64,000 nucleotides of DNA from Ignavibacteriota bacterium (GTDB taxonomy: Bacteria; Bacteroidota; Ignavibacteria; UBA10030; SZUA-254). Each line of letters begins with the position of its first letter. Position 1 is the first letter of the stretch. Location of the stretch: positions 421 through 64,420 of the forward strand of contig JACQVI010000079.1 of the NCBI GenBank assembly GCA_016209795.1. The letters run 5' to 3'. The notes under the pieces were generated by a model. The model did no database searches, was not told the DNA's origin, and saw only the letters and a list, made by a program, of their open reading frames with translations. This document shows positions 10,127 to 20,951 of this stretch, piece by piece. Both the position numbers and the translations under genes were made by a program.

Positions 10127-10366
10127 GTAAGGTTATATTTTTTTAGCTACTGAACTTCTGCATTCATAAGGTACCCCCGAATAATCTGGGTACATTATAT
10201 GGAAAAAAATCCTAACAAAAAAGGAAATAATAATGAAGGAGTGAAACCCGGGTATTTCTTTTACTACTGAGCAATAAACAGAAAACACAAAAATCAATGT
10301 TTTTTGGACATTTTTGATGGGATGGTGAAATGTAAGACGACCTTGAAACTGTTATAGATTTCACGT

Positions 10367-10573
10367 ATGTTGAAATTAACCAAAAGTCAGTTTAATCTGT
10401 TAGCAGATGCGGCTAGTGAAGCGAGTGCCATTGTCTTTGGCGCATTACTCGTGAGTGGCGTTTTCTCTCAAGAGCCAGTAAGAGGGCATATCATTGTCAT
10501 CGGTATTATTCTTTACATTCTCTGTGTGAGTTTGGCATTATTTTTCAAAAAGAAAGGAAACTCAGATGACTAA
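10367..10573 (+). CDS. small two-TM membrane protein (hypothetical)
   Basis: 68-aa ORF with two hydrophobic helices. No homology recognised. Confidence 0.25.
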   Translation: MLKLTKSQFNLLADAASEASAIVFGALLVSGVFSQEPVRGHIIVIGIILYILCVSLALFFKKKGNSDD

Positions 10574-11056
10574 CGTTGTGATTATCAGTGCACTTGTAGT
10601 CTCATTTTTTGCTATCATAGCACTTTGGACGCGGGTTGCTCTTGTGCAAACTGTGACTGTCTGCACGTGTGACCTGATAGTCGAACGAAGGGCGCTGATC
10701 AAGCGTTCTTTCCTCCGCTCCCCTACCATGCCACACCTGCGGAGCGCATGCTTGCTGTACATTTTCTTAATCATTGTTTAACTGTTCTTGGAGGAGTTAT
10801 GAAACCACTGTATTCAACCGAGAGACGTGACACGGAGTTACCATACTCGCATACTGAGAAGTGCGGTTGGTTACAAGATTGGCTTTGAGCGCACGACCCA
10901 TCTTGCCTTCTCCAGGAACTTCATGGAAGTTCTACTTCAACGTTTATTTTCAGTAGCTTTCTCTAAACCGCATTCACCCCCAATCGAAATCAATCCACCA
11001 ACTATCAATATGCACCACCGAATTCACCAATCCCAACGACCAGAAAGGAGTTTTGT

Positions 11057-12390
11057 ATGAAAACAACAAATCTGTTTTTCATGCTTTTGCTGCTGAGCAT
11101 TATTAGCCTTGCTCAGGTACCGCAAATCATAACTCACCAAGGGTTTCTCACGCGTGCCAATGGTGAGCCGTACGATACCACAATTGCGATGACGTTCCGC
11201 TTGTTTACTGACCCGACTGGCGGAAGCCAAGTCAGCACAGACCAGACGTTCTCAAGCGTGACAGTAACCCGTGGTGTCTTTAACGTATCACTTTCTCTTA
11301 GCGGCGTTGCGTTCGATAAACAATACTGGCTTGAGGTTGTAGCAGGCGGACAAACGCTTAGCCCGCGCCGACTGTTGCTGCCGTCATTGAAAGCCTCAAG
11401 GGTGGAATAACGGCGAAGTTCGGCGATCTGTACGGAACCGCAATCGGCACCGCGCAACATGAAGTTACCAAACGGTATGACGTGCATCTTCCACTGCGTG
11501 ACACGCCCATCGGAAATCTTGTTACCGATGCATTCCGTGCAAAGACCGGAACGGATCTTGCCATCACTGCGCTTGGATTGATTTCGGAAAAAATATATAA
11601 AGGTCCCATTACGGGTGCGGATGTCTTTCGTGCAATGAGTTACGGGTTCGACGAAGCAACGGGGCTTGGCTTCCAACTCGCGACGCTTGACATTCTCGGT
11701 TCGGAATTGCTGAAGGGTCTCGAGATCGGACTCTCCCAGATCGAGGTGAGCGACGACTTCTTCCTGCAGGTTTCCGGGGCACGCTTCATCTACGATCCGG
11801 CTCAGCCAGTCGGTCGGCGAGTCAATGTGAAGTCGATTCGGCTCGAGAACGGAAAACGGTTCTCGCTCACCGACACCTACAGCGTCACGGTGAACACGGG
11901 CATCGTCGTACTCCTCGGCAGGCTCGGCATCGCAGTTGAAAACATCCGCGTGCTTCCGGACTTTGAGTATACGGTCATGCGTGATCACATTGTTGCGCTC
12001 GGGAGGATCAACTACCAATCGCAGGGTCGGCTGCGCGAACAGCCGAGGCGTCCAACAAAGGGGATGAACGTTTCTCTCAGATACGATGAGGGACAATCAA
12101 GAGAAGTGTTCGTGGAGAATTACCCAAATCCGTTCAATCCAACAACGAATTTCAGTTTTCGAGTTTCGGATTTCGGCTTTGTCAGCCTTAAAGTCTACGA
12201 TGTGCTGGGACGAGAAGTAGCAACGATTGTCAATGAGGAATTACAACCGGGTGAGTACACCAGAACGTGGGATGCGATCGGGTTGCCGAGCGGAGTGTCC
12301 TCCAAAGGCGGATACGCCTCTGGCGTATATATCTATCGGCTAATGGCTGGCGGTACGATTGAGACAAAGAAAGCCATTATAATGAGATAA
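11057..12390 (+). pseudogene. fragmented T9SS-sorted 5'-nucleotidase-like gene (signal peptide fragment, then 5'-nucleotidase C-terminal domain plus Por/T9SS sorting domain)
   Basis: ORF 11057-11410 (signal peptide, frame 2) and ORF 11482-12390 (frame 1, GTG-initiated) overlap in different frames around 11360-11410. The downstream part matches the 5'-nucleotidase C-domain ([18 protein letters not shown]..., [12 protein letters not shown]) and ends with a T9SS C-terminal sorting domain ([28 protein letters not shown]...GVYIYRL). The N-terminal metallophosphatase domain is absent. Confidence 0.4.
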
Positions 12391-12526
12391 TATCATCATA
12401 GGGAGAAGCCTTGCAACTCTCTCCGTTTTGTGGTATATTTTCAGTGCAAATCCCGCTTCATGAGCGGGATTGTTGTATTTATCAAAGGATTTACACTGAT
12501 CTAGCACTTGAAATAGCTACATCTCA

Positions 12527-14323
12527 ATGGATCATATCAGAAACTTCTGCATCATCGCTCACATCGATCACGGCAAATCGACCATTGCTGATCGACTGCT
12601 TGAGCGTACTGGCACAATCACCGAGCGTGAGATGAAGTTCAATCAGGTGCTCGATGACATGGAGCTTGAGCAAGAAAGAGGTATTACAATCAAGCTCCAC
12701 GCAATCCAGATGAAGTATCATGCGAAGGACGGTAAAACATACACGTTGAATCTCATCGATACGCCCGGTCATGTGGATTTCTCATACGAAGTTTCTCGTT
12801 CTCTTGCTGCCTGTGAAGGTGCTATTCTTGTTGTCGATGCATCTCAGGGAGTTGAAGCACAGACAATTAGCAATCTCTATTTAGCTATCGATGCAGGATT
12901 GGAGATCATTCCGGTCATCAATAAAATTGATTTGCCGAGTGCAATGATTGACACGGTAAAACACCAGATTATGGATTTGATTGGATGTAGAGAGCAAGAG
13001 ATTATCCTCGCAAGCGCCAAGATGAAGATTGGTGTCGATGAGGTGCTTGAAGCCGTTGTGAATCGTATCCCACCTCCAACGGGTGACCCGAGAGCGCCGC
13101 TGAAAGCCCTGATCTTTGATTCAATTTTTGATGGCTATCGTGGTTCGGTTGTCTATATTCGCGTCTTTGAAGGCACACTCAAAGAGAAAGACAAAATAAA
13201 GTTCTTTGCCACAAACAAAATCTTCGATGCAGAAGAAATAGGCATCCTCGAAATGCAGCGAGTACGAACTGGAATGTTATCAGCAGGTGATGTTGGGTAT
13301 CTCATTGCTGGTGCTAAGGATGTCCACGATACAAAAGTCGGTGACACCATCACTCACGCCGAACGACCTGCTGATGCCCCACTGCCTGGGTATAAAGAAG
13401 CTAAACCAATGGTGTTCGCTGGATTGTATCCGGTGAATGCCGATAACTTTACGGAGTTGAGAGATTCGCTTGAGAAACTGCGGATGAACGACGCCTCCCT
13501 GACATTTGAACCTGAAACTTCTGTCGCACTTGGATTTGGCTTTCGAGCGGGGTTTCTTGGGTTGCTTCATATGGAGATTGTTCAGGAGCGACTTGAGCGT
13601 GAGTACAAGCAGGAACTCATCACTACCGTCCCGAACGTAGAATATCGTGTTCTTACGCGTAGCAGCAACGTTGTCATGGTTGATAACCCTGCGTTGATGC
13701 CCCCACTTGGCGAGATCGAGTCTATCAAGGAGCCGTACGTGCGAGCACAAATCATCACACCATCAGAGTACATCGGCAATATCATGAAGTTGTGCACGGA
13801 ACGAAGAGGACTCTACAACAATACCACGTACCTTGACCCTACACGTGCCGATTTGCGGTATGAACTACCTTTGTCAGAGATCATTTTTGATTTCTATGAT
13901 AAGCTGAAGTCGACGTCCCGTGGGTATGCTTCGTTGGATTACGAATTTCTGGAATACCGAGATTCTGACTTAGTAAAGCTCGATATTTTACTGAATGGTG
14001 AGCCTGTCGATGCACTCTCGACGATTGTCCATCGAGAGAAAGCGTACGAATGGGGTAAGAAACTGTGCGCAAGATTACGCAAACTTATTCCTAGGCAGAT
14101 GTTTGAAGTTGTCATTCAGGCAGCAATCGGAAGTAAAGTCATCGCACGTGATTCTATCGCCCCACTGAGAAAAAATGTGTTGGCAAAATGCTATGGTGGC
14201 GACATCACCCGAAAACGAAAACTCCTCGAGAAACAAAAGGAAGGAAAGAAGCGTATGAAACAAGTTGGAAGAGTCGAGATACCGCAAGAGGCATTTCTTG
14301 CAGTGCTCGCCATGGAAGATTAA
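12527..14323 (+). CDS. lepA: elongation factor 4 (LepA)
   Basis: G-domain motif AHIDHGKST and full-length similarity. Length 598 aa. Confidence 0.95.
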   Translation: MDHIRNFCIIAHIDHGKSTIADRLLERTGTITEREMKFNQVLDDMELEQERGITIKLHAIQMKYHAKDGKTYTLNLIDTPGHVDFSYEVSRSLAACEGAILVVDASQGVEAQTISNLYLAIDAGLEIIPVINKIDLPSAMIDTVKHQIMDLIGCREQEIILASAKMKIGVDEVLEAVVNRIPPPTGDPRAPLKALIFDSIFDGYRGSVVYIRVFEGTLKEKDKIKFFATNKIFDAEEIGILEMQRVRTGMLSAGDVGYLIAGAKDVHDTKVGDTITHAERPADAPLPGYKEAKPMVFAGLYPVNADNFTELRDSLEKLRMNDASLTFEPETSVALGFGFRAGFLGLLHMEIVQERLEREYKQELITTVPNVEYRVLTRSSNVVMVDNPALMPPLGEIESIKEPYVRAQIITPSEYIGNIMKLCTERRGLYNNTTYLDPTRADLRYELPLSEIIFDFYDKLKSTSRGYASLDYEFLEYRDSDLVKLDILLNGEPVDALSTIVHREKAYEWGKKLCARLRKLIPRQMFEVVIQAAIGSKVIARDSIAPLRKNVLAKCYGGDITRKRKLLEKQKEGKKRMKQVGRVEIPQEAFLAVLAMED

Positions 14324-14376
14324 CGTTGGAAAGATTCACCTAACTCATTAATCTTTTTCTATAGAGAGATAAAGAC

Positions 14377-15297
14377 ATGTCAAAAGTTTTTAAAACAGAG
14401 GGCAAAGGTATTCTGGAAAAAAAGAAAACTGGTTTTATAGCCTGGCTTAAAGAAATGGGTATCATTTTCGGGGCATTTCTTGTCTTGAATAGTTTTGTCC
14501 TTGCCTCATTCGAGGTACCGACTGGTTCAATGGAAGACGAGATCATGACGGGAGATTTCCTTCTTGTTAACAAGTTCATTTTTGGAGGGACAACGCCAAG
14601 GACGATACCATTCACAAGCACCAAAATTCCTTCATTCAAACTTCCCGCATTGTGGGATGTCGAAAGGGGAGACATCATTGTCTTTAACTTTCCCGGTTAT
14701 AGAGATGAAGTCGAACCAGCAGAGTTTGCATACTATTTGAAGCGGTGCATGGCACTTGCCGGAGATACCTTGCAGATTATCAACCGTGTGGTGTACGTCA
14801 ATGGTACAGCTGCACATGTGCCTCGGAACATGAAATTCAATTCAGCAATAGTCAAGCCTGCTGGATGGGCAGATCCAAGAATCTTTCCTGAAGGTGCAGT
14901 GTTCAATGAAGATAATTACGGACCGACTGTCGTCCCGAAAAAAGGTGATATGATTGAACTTTCTCCATCTAACTTTGAGCAATGGGAAATCTTCATCAAG
15001 CGCGAAGGTCATAGAATGGAACTGCTCAACGGTAAGGTTTATATTGATGGTGGTGAGAAAACAGCTTACACCGTCGAACGTGATTATGTGTTCGGGATGG
15101 GAGATAACAGGGACAATAGTCTGGATAGTCGGTTTTGGGGATTTATTCCGAAAGACGCCATCATTGGAACACCGGTGATTGTTTATTGGTCGTGGGATCC
15201 GGATCTTCCTCTACTTATTGGTGAGTTTCCATTCCTGAATATTGCACGGAAGCTTACCACGGTTCGATGGAGTCGGTTTGGAACACTGGTAAAATGA
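14377..15297 (+). CDS. lepB: signal peptidase I
   Basis: N-terminal TM helix. Catalytic Ser box GSMEDEI and Lys box GDNRDNSLDSRFWGFIP. Confidence 0.85.
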   Translation: MSKVFKTEGKGILEKKKTGFIAWLKEMGIIFGAFLVLNSFVLASFEVPTGSMEDEIMTGDFLLVNKFIFGGTTPRTIPFTSTKIPSFKLPALWDVERGDIIVFNFPGYRDEVEPAEFAYYLKRCMALAGDTLQIINRVVYVNGTAAHVPRNMKFNSAIVKPAGWADPRIFPEGAVFNEDNYGPTVVPKKGDMIELSPSNFEQWEIFIKREGHRMELLNGKVYIDGGEKTAYTVERDYVFGMGDNRDNSLDSRFWGFIPKDAIIGTPVIVYWSWDPDLPLLIGEFPFLNIARKLTTVRWSRFGTLVK

Positions 15298-15304
15298 CGA
15301 GAAA

Positions 15305-16123
15305 ATGAAAAGACATCAAGTGGAAACACAAGGACGACGACAGTTAGGGCGTCACAGACTGCGGGGTTCCATCCAAATTTTTGTAGTAGTGATTGTTCTT
15401 GCGACGATGTTGAAAATGTTTGTCGTTGACGCAGTGCACATTCCATCTCGCTCAATGGAGAACACGCTTCTTGCGGGGGATTTTGTGTTAGTCAGTAAAT
15501 TAGTTAGCGGTATGAGGATTCCCGCGCAGTATTCGTTTGCACGAACTGGATTCCCATTGTTCAGCTTACCAGGTGTGCAGGGAGTTGAACGTGGAGACAT
15601 TGTTGTCTTTACACTTCCTCTTGATGAATCAGAGCAAAAGTCAGTATATTTTGTAAAGCGCTGTGTTGCACTTGCTGGAGATATGGTTCATATTCAAGAT
15701 GGCTATCTCTATGTCAATGGTCAGTTGGTCAGAAACTATCGGAATCAAGAGACTGATTTTGGACCTATCACGGCTCCTAAGCAAGGTGATATCGTTCGGT
15801 TGAATGAAACAATGTATGCTGAGTTATCAACCTTTATCCATCGGGAAGGTCATACCATTCACCGAACTATCTCCTCTGGATTTCTCATTGATGGAAAACC
15901 AGCAACACATTACAGGGTTGAAAAAGATTATTGCTTTGTCCTTGGTGATAATCTTAGCGAAAGTTATGACAGCCGGTCGTGGGGTTTCCTTCCTGTCGAA
16001 TATGTCATAGGTAAAGCAATCATTGTCTATTGGTCAATGGATCCTTCGCTTGAAAAGGGAATCAGCACTATACCTTCGTCCATCCGCTGGGATCGTATTG
16101 GCACACTGCTAATTTCTCAGTAA
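15305..16123 (+). CDS. lepB: signal peptidase I (second tandem paralogue)
   Basis: SRSMENTL serine box and GDNLSESYDSRSWGFLP box. Confidence 0.85.
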   Translation: MKRHQVETQGRRQLGRHRLRGSIQIFVVVIVLATMLKMFVVDAVHIPSRSMENTLLAGDFVLVSKLVSGMRIPAQYSFARTGFPLFSLPGVQGVERGDIVVFTLPLDESEQKSVYFVKRCVALAGDMVHIQDGYLYVNGQLVRNYRNQETDFGPITAPKQGDIVRLNETMYAELSTFIHREGHTIHRTISSGFLIDGKPATHYRVEKDYCFVLGDNLSESYDSRSWGFLPVEYVIGKAIIVYWSMDPSLEKGISTIPSSIRWDRIGTLLISQ

Positions 16124-16134
16124 TTTTCTTTACG

Positions 16135-16908
16135 ATGAAAATTTCCACCAAACAGAAGTGGGAAACTCTCTGGCAGAAAAGAGAAAACGTCCATGATTAC
16201 TATTCTAATGGCGATAGAGTCCTGCGTCAGCTTGCCAGTGTTACCGATGTGCGAGGCAAGAGAGTCTTGGAGGTAGGTGCGGGAACTGGACGGGATAGCA
16301 TTGGTCTCGCAAGGCAGGGTGCCGATGTCTTTCAACTTGACTATGCAACCAATGCCTTAAAGTTAATGAGACAAGTTGCGGAAGAGAATGGTGTGAACGT
16401 TCATATTGTTGGCGGAGATGCATTTCACTTACCCTTTCCCAATGCTATCTTTGATATCATCTTCCACCAAGGCTTGTTGGAACATTTTCGAAAGCCTCAA
16501 GCAACACATCTCTTGAAAGAAAACATCCGTATTCTCAAGCCGGGAGGTTTACTCTTAGTCGATGTGCCTCAGCGGTACCATCTCTATACTGTGATGAAGC
16601 ATATTCTCATTGCACTGAATGCATGGTTCGCTGGATGGGAACGAGAGTTTAGCGTTGGGGAGTTAGAACAAAAGCTTCGAGGTTTAGGATTGACCCTAGT
16701 TCGATCCTACGGAGAATGGATGTATCCAAGCCTCTTCTACCGCCTTTTTCGTGAAGCAATGATGAAAATAGGAATCAAACTGCCACTCTACCCAAAACTG
16801 TTTTCACCATTAACTCACTTGCGAAGGAGGATTCGTGATACATTGCTGCAACTCAGGATTTCATTGTACACTTCGATCTCTATCGGAGTCATTGCCCAAA
16901 AACCATAA
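16135..16908 (+). CDS. class I SAM-dependent methyltransferase
   Basis: Motif I VLEVGAGTGRD. Confidence 0.7.
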   Translation: MKISTKQKWETLWQKRENVHDYYSNGDRVLRQLASVTDVRGKRVLEVGAGTGRDSIGLARQGADVFQLDYATNALKLMRQVAEENGVNVHIVGGDAFHLPFPNAIFDIIFHQGLLEHFRKPQATHLLKENIRILKPGGLLLVDVPQRYHLYTVMKHILIALNAWFAGWEREFSVGELEQKLRGLGLTLVRSYGEWMYPSLFYRLFREAMMKIGIKLPLYPKLFSPLTHLRRRIRDTLLQLRISLYTSISIGVIAQKP

Positions 16909-18086
16909 TGGCAAGCTTATATCTCCATATTCCCTTCTGCGAGCACAAGTGCATCTATTGTGACTTCTACTCGGTTGAGTCACTTGATTCGATGGACCGA
17001 TTTCTCTCTGCATTAAAGCAAGAAATCGAACTGTATGCTGATTACAGCATCAAGGAAGAGTTTGAGACGATCTTTTTTGGTGGTGGGACTCCATCACTCC
17101 TTAAACCGAAAACACTCCACGAGATCCTTGATCGGTTGTCTACAACGTTCACGATACGGAGAGATGCAGAAGTGACGGTAGAAGCAAATCCCGGAACAGT
17201 TGACAGAGCAAAGCTGAGATCATACCGTGAGGCTGGTGTGAACCGTTTGAGTTTTGGCGTACAGTCGTTTCACGATGATGAGCTGAAGTTTTTGACACGT
17301 ATCCATTCTTCGGAACAAGCTAAAGTATCTGTGCTCATGGCAAAAGACGTTGGCTTTAATAATGTCAATATCGATCTCATTTTTTCTCTACCGAATCAAA
17401 CGCTCCAGCGATGGGAAGAGAACCTGCGCCAGGCAGTTGAATTGGAGCCACAACATATCTCGGCATATAGTTTAATAGTGGAGAAAGGAACCCCCCTTGC
17501 CGACATGGTCGCTGCAAAGCTTGTCTCTCCACTGCCCGTTGAGACAGAAGCCGAGATGTATGAATTCACTATGGCGTATTTACGGAGTGCAGGTTTTCAG
17601 CACTATGAAGTTTCCAATTATGCAAAGCCAGGCTTTCGCTCAAGGCACAATAGTAATTATTGGAATCACTCGAACTACCTTGGCTTCGGTCCCTCTGCTC
17701 ACTCGTTTTGGTCTGCGACCCCGTTGGGGGACAGGAGGCGATGGTGGAACGTTCGAAGCATTGATGGGTATTGTGAGAAGATTCTCAATCGACAACTTCC
17801 TCTCGCTGGTCAAGAAGTGTTGACAGAAGAGCAACTGGTTGAAGAAGCGATAATGTTGGGCTTGAGAAGCGATGGCATTGACCTGTATAGACTGAGCAGT
17901 GAGTTTGGTGTTGATCTTCTCACCGCTGCGCGTTCAACGATTGAGCAATTGACTGCAGAACATCTTACCACTCTCAATGATCACACACTCCGACTGACTG
18001 ATAAAGGATACTTGCTGTGCGATGAGATAAGTGAGGTGATGATCTCGAGTATCTCACTTGCACACACTTCTTGCGAATCTGTCTAA
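16908..18086 (+). CDS. hemW: radical SAM family haem chaperone HemW (coproporphyrinogen oxidase-like)
   Basis: LYLHIPFCEHKCIYCDF CxxxCxxC motif and a HemN-like C-terminal domain. Confidence 0.85.
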   Translation: MASLYLHIPFCEHKCIYCDFYSVESLDSMDRFLSALKQEIELYADYSIKEEFETIFFGGGTPSLLKPKTLHEILDRLSTTFTIRRDAEVTVEANPGTVDRAKLRSYREAGVNRLSFGVQSFHDDELKFLTRIHSSEQAKVSVLMAKDVGFNNVNIDLIFSLPNQTLQRWEENLRQAVELEPQHISAYSLIVEKGTPLADMVAAKLVSPLPVETEAEMYEFTMAYLRSAGFQHYEVSNYAKPGFRSRHNSNYWNHSNYLGFGPSAHSFWSATPLGDRRRWWNVRSIDGYCEKILNRQLPLAGQEVLTEEQLVEEAIMLGLRSDGIDLYRLSSEFGVDLLTAARSTIEQLTAEHLTTLNDHTLRLTDKGYLLCDEISEVMISSISLAHTSCESV

Positions 18087-18167
18087 TTTCTTCTATATTA
18101 AAGCCGCATTAGCTCATTTTTGACTTTCTGCAATTGATGTACTGTTACAATTAACTCTGAGGATTGA

Positions 18168-20915
18168 ATGACTGAGCGAAAGATTAATCGCATCGTCGTA
18201 CTTGGTGTCTTTTTCGTCTCACTCGTTGTGTACGTTATGACGCTTCCCGTAACCGTTGTTTTCTGGGATGTGGGCGAATTCTGTGCCTCTGCATGGCTGC
18301 TGCAAGTTCCGCATCCGCCCGGCTCGCCGTTATTCATCTTGATTGCCCGTGTTGTTGCCATGGTGCCATTCCTTCCTGATATTGCGGCTCGGATGCACGC
18401 CATCTCGGCTGTAGCTTCGGCGCTTGGGGTTACTTTCCTGTACCTTGTCGCTGTGAAAATCATCGGCAGGTTTCGAGGATCGCCTCAAACGTTCTTTGAT
18501 AGATTTATTGTTTATGGCTCATCAGTTGTTGGAGCTTTTGCCTTAGCACTCTCCCCGTCGTATTGGGATAATGCAACAGAAGCTGAGGTGTATGCCCTGA
18601 GCATGTTATTCGTGTCCTTTGTCCTCTGGCTTGCCTTCCGATGGTGGGAGCGTGCAGATGAACCGCACAATGAGAAGTATATGCTGCTCATCGCATATCT
18701 CATCGGTCTTTCAGTCGGCATTCACCTGCTTGCCTTGCTGGCGCTGTTTTCTATTCTCATGCTCGTGTACTTCCGCCGGTACGAAGTGAATCGTCGAAAC
18801 ACGATCCGTCTTGCTCTTATTTCTGTTGTTGTGTTTTTTGTTATCTATCCCGGTGTCGTTCAGTATCTCCCCTCGATGCTCGATGGTGAGTTTAAGGGGA
18901 TGAAAAGTGGTTTACTGACACTAATTCCCCCGCTTATCTTAATGGTTGCGGGATATGGTGCCTATCGGACGAGCAAAACCAGACAGAAGATGCTCCATAT
19001 CGCATGTCTCTCATTTTTACTCATTGTCATCGGCTACACGACGTATATTGTCGTGCTGATGCGTTCCAACGTTGATAATCTCCCGATGAATGAAAATAAT
19101 CCCAACAACCTTGCTCGTTTGACAAGCTATCTCGGTCGTGAACAATATGGTGAGGCACCATTGCTGAAAGGACCAAGCTGGGATAACGAGCTTCAGGGTT
19201 ATCGAGAGAAGCTCTTCCCCAGGAGACGCTCAGAAGAAGCAATGCATGATCCGACGCGTGTGAATTATACAAGTGACACCGATTTTTTCCTGAGGTATCA
19301 AATGTACCACATGTTCATCCGCTATCTGCTCCAAAATTTCGTCGGCGCAGAAGGTGATTGGCAAGATGCTGGATGGAGCGGGAAAGAGACGTTTGGCATT
19401 CCCTTGCTTATTGGACTCATAGGATTGTATTACCATACCCGTCGAGATGTCAAGAACTCTCTTGTGATTATAGTGTTGTTTGTGGTGATGGGTCCGGCGT
19501 TCATGTTCTATGCAAACATGCAAGAACCGCAGCCCCGTGAGCGTGATTATTTTTATGTCGGCGCATTCTATGCTTTTTGTATCTGGATTGCTATTGGGGT
19601 TGTGGCAATTCTTGATTTTTTAAAAATGAAACTGAAACAGGAAGGAGCGTATAAAGTTGCAGCATTTACTGCCTTATCAATCTGTACAGCAGTTATTCCA
19701 ATCAACTTAGCACGAACTAATTGGTTTGAGCATGATCGCAGCCAACTTTATATCGCGTGGGATTACTCATATAACCTTTTGCAAAGCTGTAAGCCAAACT
19801 CTATTCTTTTTACAAATGGTGATAATGATACATTTCCACTCTGGTATTTACAAGATGTCGAAGGAGTGCGAAGGGACATTCGTATCGCCAATCTTAGTCT
19901 CATCAATACGAACTGGTATATCCTTCAATTGAAAAACCAGACGCCCCATGAGGCCCAAAAAGTTCCAATCTCGCTTACTAATCAGCAGATTGAGCGAATT
20001 CAACCAGTTCGGTGGACACAGCGTGACATGGAACTCCCTGTGCCAAAAGATGTTTATGAGCGGTTTGGTATTACGGACACAGGCGTTATTAATAAAGGGA
20101 AAATCACGTGGACAATGACTGGAAGACAGTTCTCTCAAGATGTACGTTTTTTGCAAGTACAAGACATCATGGTCAGAGACATCGTCTTAACGAATAAATG
20201 GGAGAGACCAATTTACTTTGCGACCACGGTCTCACCCGATGCAAAGATTGGTCTTGATAATTATCTCTGGATGCAAGGATTAGCGTGGGAACTGAAGCCT
20301 ATTAAAGTGCCATCTGTAGAAGCTGGTGTTGATCCAGAGATCATGGAAGCAAATGTCATGGCTCAAAACGTCGTGCCATCAAAGGAACTTCAGTACGGTT
20401 TCCTCTATCGCAATCTTGACAATCCGAATGTGTATTACGATGAGAACGCTCGCCGAACGATGATGATGAATTATCGAGCAACATTTATGCGGGTAGCGTT
20501 CTATGCCATGAAGGTTGAGAATAACATGGAAAAAGCCAGGAAGGCAATGGCGAGGATGGAAGAGGTTATGCCGATCAATATTGTCCCGATTCAAGATTGG
20601 CGTTTGACTGCTGACATTATGCGGATTTACCACCAGGTCGGTGATACGGCACGATTCGAGATTTATGCGAACATTGTCGAAAAAGCTTGTCTTGATTTGC
20701 TCTATTCAGGCAACTTCGATCCCACAGGAAGTTTCAGTCCATACGGCTATCTCTTGGATATCTACGATACCCGTAAAGATTACGTCAAAGCTCTCGACAT
20801 TTTAAAACGGGCGAGCGTTCAGTTCCCAAACGATCCGACAGTAAAGTCTCGCATCCAATTTTATGAACAACAATTGAAGGGAAGTTCTCCAGGGGACACA
20901 ACGACATCTCAATGA
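18168..20915 (+). CDS. DUF2723-type large polytopic membrane protein (PMT-like glycosyltransferase fold) with C-terminal TPR-like region
   Basis: 915 aa with about 11 N-terminal TM helices and a long soluble C-terminal domain. The family call is by resemblance to FCB-group DUF2723 proteins. Confidence 0.55.
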   Translation: MTERKINRIVVLGVFFVSLVVYVMTLPVTVVFWDVGEFCASAWLLQVPHPPGSPLFILIARVVAMVPFLPDIAARMHAISAVASALGVTFLYLVAVKIIGRFRGSPQTFFDRFIVYGSSVVGAFALALSPSYWDNATEAEVYALSMLFVSFVLWLAFRWWERADEPHNEKYMLLIAYLIGLSVGIHLLALLALFSILMLVYFRRYEVNRRNTIRLALISVVVFFVIYPGVVQYLPSMLDGEFKGMKSGLLTLIPPLILMVAGYGAYRTSKTRQKMLHIACLSFLLIVIGYTTYIVVLMRSNVDNLPMNENNPNNLARLTSYLGREQYGEAPLLKGPSWDNELQGYREKLFPRRRSEEAMHDPTRVNYTSDTDFFLRYQMYHMFIRYLLQNFVGAEGDWQDAGWSGKETFGIPLLIGLIGLYYHTRRDVKNSLVIIVLFVVMGPAFMFYANMQEPQPRERDYFYVGAFYAFCIWIAIGVVAILDFLKMKLKQEGAYKVAAFTALSICTAVIPINLARTNWFEHDRSQLYIAWDYSYNLLQSCKPNSILFTNGDNDTFPLWYLQDVEGVRRDIRIANLSLINTNWYILQLKNQTPHEAQKVPISLTNQQIERIQPVRWTQRDMELPVPKDVYERFGITDTGVINKGKITWTMTGRQFSQDVRFLQVQDIMVRDIVLTNKWERPIYFATTVSPDAKIGLDNYLWMQGLAWELKPIKVPSVEAGVDPEIMEANVMAQNVVPSKELQYGFLYRNLDNPNVYYDENARRTMMMNYRATFMRVAFYAMKVENNMEKARKAMARMEEVMPINIVPIQDWRLTADIMRIYHQVGDTARFEIYANIVEKACLDLLYSGNFDPTGSFSPYGYLLDIYDTRKDYVKALDILKRASVQFPNDPTVKSRIQFYEQQLKGSSPGDTTTSQ

Positions 20916-20951
20916 GTTCCTCATGCAAATGAACAACATCCAACACATTGT

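Noticed and set aside
10574-10800. Possible tmRNA or RNase P RNA (ggacgcgggtt and gagcggaggaaag strings)
   Set aside because: The strings only partially resemble the tmRNA T-arm (GGACGCGGGTTCGATTCC) and the RNase P P4 motif (AGGAAAGTCCGGGCTCC). The matches break down immediately, and no tRNA-like 3' end or CCA is present.
11134-12096. 320-aa minus-strand ORF overlapping the 5'-nucleotidase C-domain region
   Set aside because: It lies entirely antisense to a region with clear homology on the plus strand (5'-nucleotidase C-domain and T9SS sorting domain). It is a GC-rich antisense shadow ORF.
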